Positions 63,821-64,000 of a stretch of DNA of 64,000 nucleotides are shown piece after piece. Source of the DNA: Callorhinchus milii (taxonomy: Eukaryota); NCBI RefSeq assembly GCF_018977255.1, contig NW_024704743.1:70186001-70250000 (forward strand), written 5' to 3'. The translations under genes were made by a program, and so were the position numbers. Under the pieces are notes generated by a model that saw nothing but the letters and a program-made list of their open reading frames with translations, ran no database searches and was not told the DNA's origin. Every line of letters starts with the position of its first letter. Within the stretch, counting starts at the first letter, position 1.

Positions 63821-64000
63821 AGAGTTGGTGGAGGCTTGGAAACAGGTTGCTCACATGCCTTCTGAGCCATATGCAGCTGGGGACTAGGGGAAAGTAGATA
63901 GAATTTTGACCTTCCAAATAAAGAATGAATGACTTTTGGTAAGCCGAATAAGAAATAAAAACAGGTAGATAGATGTTCAAAATAAGTTACTGTAACTCAG

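Noticed and set aside
1..64000. Known vertebrate miRNA or snoRNA genes within the inferred introns
   Set aside because: I recognised no mature miRNA or convincing C/D or H/ACA box arrangement by eye; an Rfam cmscan would be needed to exclude them.

Overview
This is eukaryotic, vertebrate genomic DNA, AT-rich and dense in repeats. The repeat mix (decayed L2 and CR1 LINEs, Deu-domain tRNA SINEs with L2-like tails, CR1 ends in (TTCTATGA)n) points to a cartilaginous fish, possibly a chimaera; that assignment is an inference. I cannot recognise any intact protein-coding gene. The only ORF-track peptides I can name are LINE ORF2 remnants, the largest a decayed ~2.9 kb L2 at 10315-13170 (minus) with endonuclease and RT motifs. 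A CpG-rich promoter-like island at ~59270-59810 has YY1, NRF1 and GC-box motifs and a minus-strand first-exon donor at 59445. Most of the window is therefore probably intronic sequence of a leftward-running transcript. Several small candidate minus-strand exons have good splice sites but do not join into a recognisable ORF, so this may be a lncRNA or a long multi-exon 5' leader. The most unusual unexplained structures are a ~500 bp mosaic of nested inverted and direct repeats at 52.8-53.3 kb and an unclassified ~550 bp repeat family (6 copies or fragments) with terminal hairpins, an internal splice donor and a shared reading frame. I found no CRISPR array, rRNA or genuine tRNA. Repeat boundaries were read by eye and are approximate.
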